Below, piece after piece: positions 8,526-11,950 of a DNA stretch of 11,950 bases. The notes below the pieces were generated by a model that was not told where the DNA came from, ran no database searches, and saw only the letters and a program-made list of their open reading frames with translations. The translations under genes and the position numbers were made by a program. The first letter of the stretch is position 1, and every line of letters begins with the position of its first letter. Origin of the DNA: Vitrella brassicaformis CCMP3155 (Eukaryota > Protista > Chromerida); assembly GCA_001179505.1 (NCBI GenBank), contig CDMY01000903.1, positions 1-11,950 of the forward strand, in the 5' to 3' direction.

Positions 8526-8574
8526 CAGCGGACAACAAGAATGGGTAAAAAAGCTGCAGCGGACAACAAGAATG
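8526..8574. repeat. Perfect 18-bp direct repeat pair
   Basis: CAGCGGACAACAAGAATG at 8526-8543 and 8557-8574, separated by 13 bp. Confidence 0.9.
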
Positions 8575-8740
8575 CGGATTTGTGGTAGCCTTTCTTATGC
8601 TTGTGCCTCTCACCTTGACCCATCTCGGTGTTGTATGCTACTGCTCTCGGTCAGGGCTGGGACCTTACCACAGGCAACGTTGCGTAGGACCACCTCACAT
8701 CGCATGGATCGCTGTCTATCCTTCATCCAGAACACAATCC

Positions 8741-9040
8741 NNNNNNNNNNNNNNNNNNNNNNNNNNNNNNNNNNNNNNNNNNNNNNNNNNNNNNNNNNNN
8801 NNNNNNNNNNNNNNNNNNNNNNNNNNNNNNNNNNNNNNNNNNNNNNNNNNNNNNNNNNNNNNNNNNNNNNNNNNNNNNNNNNNNNNNNNNNNNNNNNNNN
8901 NNNNNNNNNNNNNNNNNNNNNNNNNNNNNNNNNNNNNNNNNNNNNNNNNNNNNNNNNNNNNNNNNNNNNNNNNNNNNNNNNNNNNNNNNNNNNNNNNNNN
9001 NNNNNNNNNNNNNNNNNNNNNNNNNNNNNNNNNNNNNNNN
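8741..9040. other. Assembly gap (300 N)
   Basis: N run. Confidence 0.99.
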
Positions 9041-9789
9041 GGGACCTAGCGCCCAGCTAATCCGGTTATTCAGCTGATACTCGGCAAGGTCCTCACCGGC
9101 CTTTCCAAACATACAATGCATGCTTTGTGACTTGTGTGTGTTTTCATTGTATGATTGGTCTGCTGGTCGTGCAATATTTCTGAGTCTGCATCTGCTGCTG
9201 CTTTCTCCTGTACGAGACTCAAGACGAACACTTGTCGCCCCTCGTTTACCGAAACATCTCATGGAGGTCGAGTGTCTGTCAGTTTTTGCATGAAATGGCC
9301 TGGTGGTATGCGAGAGTTCTAGTTTCTCGCTACGAACTATATAAACTACTCAGCGTTGCCTCAGGTCCGTGTGTGTGTGAAACGCAGTATGTGGAAGTGA
9401 GGCAGCCATCAAGTGGACTTGAGCTGGTGGCGGCAGGACTGGATGTCGCAAGACGTTAACGCATAGCGCAACGGCGAAATGTGTCCATCAGTCCATCATG
9501 AATGCGTACATAGACAAATCAGTCAATCAGCGATAAGCATGCCAGCCCCATCCACCGCACAGCCGAGCGCACCACCCAGTGCCGCCGGCCGCCACTCACA
9601 CATCAGCTCACACCACGCGCCAATGCACTGGATGTCTGATGGGCTTTAAGAAGATAAAGGCCTCCTATTGAAATATCATACTTGTACCATGAGTCGAGCA
9701 ACAAGTTCACCGACATAAACCATATCCATTTTCGTTCACTCACTATGCCCTCCGAGAGTAGTGTTCTGTGAAATACCACTACATCAGTC

Positions 9790-10735
9790 AAACTACGGAC
9801 CGATTTGCATGCTCCAGAGTTTATCCAGCTGATACGTATCCGTCAGAAGCTCAGTCCCTAGCGCTATCGTACTGGCGTAGTCCTTTGGTACCATAAATGT
9901 GACCTCGGAATGAAAAGGATTGTCCTTATAGAGAGCTTCCCGAAGGGCATCAAAACGTTTGTCGTCCGGTATCTATATGTCATCGTTTCGGTAACCATCC
10001 GGTCGTTCTGTAGTATCAATGACCACATTGGCGACTGCTCCTGGAGGAGCGACGTTGATTAGACACAATGGTTCGATCTCTGGGCACGTATAAAGAAACG
10101 CACCATGTTGAGCTCTTAGATGCGTCCCCTTGAGCTAATGGAGTTTGCGTATTTTGCACATGCACATCGTCGGCTGACCCCATCGCTCCTTGTGATCCCG
10201 TCTCAAATACTCAAGACATTTCTCATGGATGACCCAGCTGCTCAACTTGCCAGGCAGAAGGACGCCCTTAATGGCTCCGAATGAGTCACGTGCGCGTAGC
10301 GGCAAAAGAGATATAAGACCTCGGCCAGCCTCGGGAATGTAAGAGTCCATGACCTGAAGGTGTTGCTCTCTGAGCTCTTTGACGGTTCGTTCGTAATATG
10401 CTGGGTATTCTGAGGAGCTTGGATGCTCCGACATCATCAGGTAGCTCAGCTGCAGTCTTCCATGCAGCGACGTAGTGGTGAGCGTCTTGCCTTGCACCTC
10501 TGGCATTATTGAATGCGGCTGCCTGAGCGTCTTCATGAGCCTTCCTCGTGCGGTCAGTGATTTCGCTGTTCTTGCTATGCTGCACAGTCCGATACCTGTT
10601 CTCCATAAACTTATGGATACGTCGCACGAACTCATGCGTCGGAGCCAGCTGCTTCAGGGCGTTGTACTTACGGCGACTTGATTCATCCAAGGAATCCATA
10701 AGTATCTTCCGCTTGACCTGCTGATCACTGTCCCC
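9790..10735 (-). pseudogene. Decayed gag/capsid-like ORF of a probable LTR retroelement
   Basis: ORF-track frames 10286-10699 and 10135-10635 join by one frameshift near 10420. Reading through the stops gives ...ISLLPLRARDSFGAIKGVLLPGKLSSWVIHEKCLEYLRRDHKERWGQPTMCMCKIRKLH*LKG...DDKRFDALREALYKDNPFHSEVTFMVPKDYASTIALGTELL, whose spacing resembles retrotransposon gag capsid domains. The in-frame stops are TAG/TGA, each one transition from Gln, Arg or Trp codons. Confidence 0.4.
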
Positions 10736-11680
10736 TTGGCACGGCCAAGAGTGTAGTCGTCAGGGTTCGTCGTTCGGGTGGTCTTCTTGATGACGCTCTC
10801 CCCTGGCGCACGAGGCTCTTTGCACCTCGAAATGTATGCTCATCTCTCTTCTTCTCTACCTTTTTCTCATGCATCATCTGACTCCATTCTTGCTGTCGGG
10901 GTCGCTCTATCTCCTCGTCTTCACCCGCCGACTCATTACAAGCCCGCCTCATGCACCTGGCGAGCTGTTACGGCGTATGGAGATGACCGCCGTTGGTTGA
11001 CACACCCAGGGCGTGCCGTCGTTACTTCTTCGCCATCTGAGGCTACCTAGCAGGGTCTGTGCCGTTATTGCAGCCGCAGGAGCCAAGACCCGAAGACTGG
11101 CAGGGGAAAAGCGCAAGAACCTCGCCTTGATGTCTCTCAGGCGTCCAAGAGTCATATGAGTAAAGTCGATCGCAAAGCGGCACCTCACTGGTAGGCGAGG
11201 AGGCGGTCACAAACTACCGGGCGTGACGTGAGGCGCAGCATCGTGCTGACTAGAACGGTAATCGACGTAATCCCCCCCGCTCGCGTTTCGAATTCGTGCT
11301 GACGGCAAAATGGATCTGCGTTCGTTCGTTCGTTCTCCTCTAACGGCACCATCCGCGTCTGAGCGCGCGCGGCGGTTTCACGTGAGGCCCTAGGTTTAAG
11401 TCTCTGATCGATCGTAAATTCGACCTCCAGACGACCCGAATCCTCGCTTCCTATACAATTGCGGGCACAGCAAATCCAAGAAATGGTCCCGGTGCAGTTC
11501 TATGAAAGTTTTTGCACTGAGTAAGGACAACGTGTGCGCTGGAGTACTGAGCAAGGGATGATGAATATGGCATATTTCTATATATACATGAATACATATA
11601 ACCATGAATACTACGCCACGGGGCTATAGGGTCATTACAGGACTTCGTTCATTCATTCATTACACCTCTTCTCCACTATT

Positions 11681-11726
11681 CCCCCCGCTCCCCTTCCCCT
11701 CTCCCCTTCCCCGCTCCCCTTCCCCC
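11681..11726 (-). repeat. 13-bp GC-skewed tandem repeat (~3.5 units); strong G-quadruplex (minus) / i-motif (plus) potential
   Basis: The plus strand reads C6-gct-C4-tt-C4-tct-C4-tt-C4-gct-C4-tt-C5, i.e. seven runs of at least 4 with 2-3 nt loops. Confidence 0.85.
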
Positions 11727-11950
11727 AAATCCCGGGAAGGATAATAGAGTTATGTTATACTCTCTAGTATTTATCCCTCTGTGCCATCGGCTTCTGGGCT
11801 TGTGGCCTTCCAATTTAGGCCGCTATGCCATTGCCTTGAACTTACGTCGCTGTCGCTATGCCGTTGGGTTCTGGGCTTGCACCCTTCGAACTTGGGCTGA
11901 CTTTGTGCCTTGCCATATCCCATCGCTGCACCTCTAGATCTCGAGAAGAA

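Noticed and set aside
8526-8574. 18-bp direct repeat as a target-site duplication or att pair
   Set aside because: Only 13 bp lie between the copies, which is better explained by local slippage.
3168-9262. ORF-track entries containing X runs (3168, 3170, 4549, 4551, 8572, 8582, 8723 and the tail of 4584..6629)
   Set aside because: Artefacts of translating through N gaps. The ...LREGE end of the 681-aa ORF is not a real patatin terminus.
11782-11887. Degenerate ~29-bp repeat with TTCTGGGCTTG core, period 77 bp
   Set aside because: Only two copies, no sustained reading frame, and too close to the window edge to interpret.
11933-11945. Overlapping XbaI/BglII/XhoI sites (TCTAGATCTCGAG) suggesting vector polylinker
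   Set aside because: Only 13 bp with no other vector-like sequence. It cannot be fully excluded without sequence beyond the window; VecScreen would settle it.

Overview
Eukaryotic draft-assembly window with three placeholder gaps of exactly 300 N (3212-3511, 4604-4903, 8741-9040). The only well-supported host genes are two tandem minus-strand paralogs of a patatin-like phospholipase. One is near-complete (ATG 6774, running into the gap at 4904). The other shows only its 5' part (ATG 592, running off the window start). The ORF track misses their real N-terminus. A two-intron model gives both copies an ATG, a hydrophobic signal peptide and a basic, transit-peptide-like segment, and it absorbs a 2-nt indel that would otherwise frameshift the left copy. 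The rest is mostly repeat and transposon debris: a LINE 3' remnant whose simple-repeat tail abuts the left paralog's 5' end, a ~60-bp CA-rich minisatellite with higher-order structure, a ~1.08-kb tandem duplication with mosaic divergence, a gag 5' fragment fused to an antisense CRE-like non-LTR fragment, a decayed minus-strand gag-like frame, and a strong G-quadruplex tract. I found no rRNA, tRNA or CRISPR array. All family assignments come from motif recognition by eye; no database searches were run.
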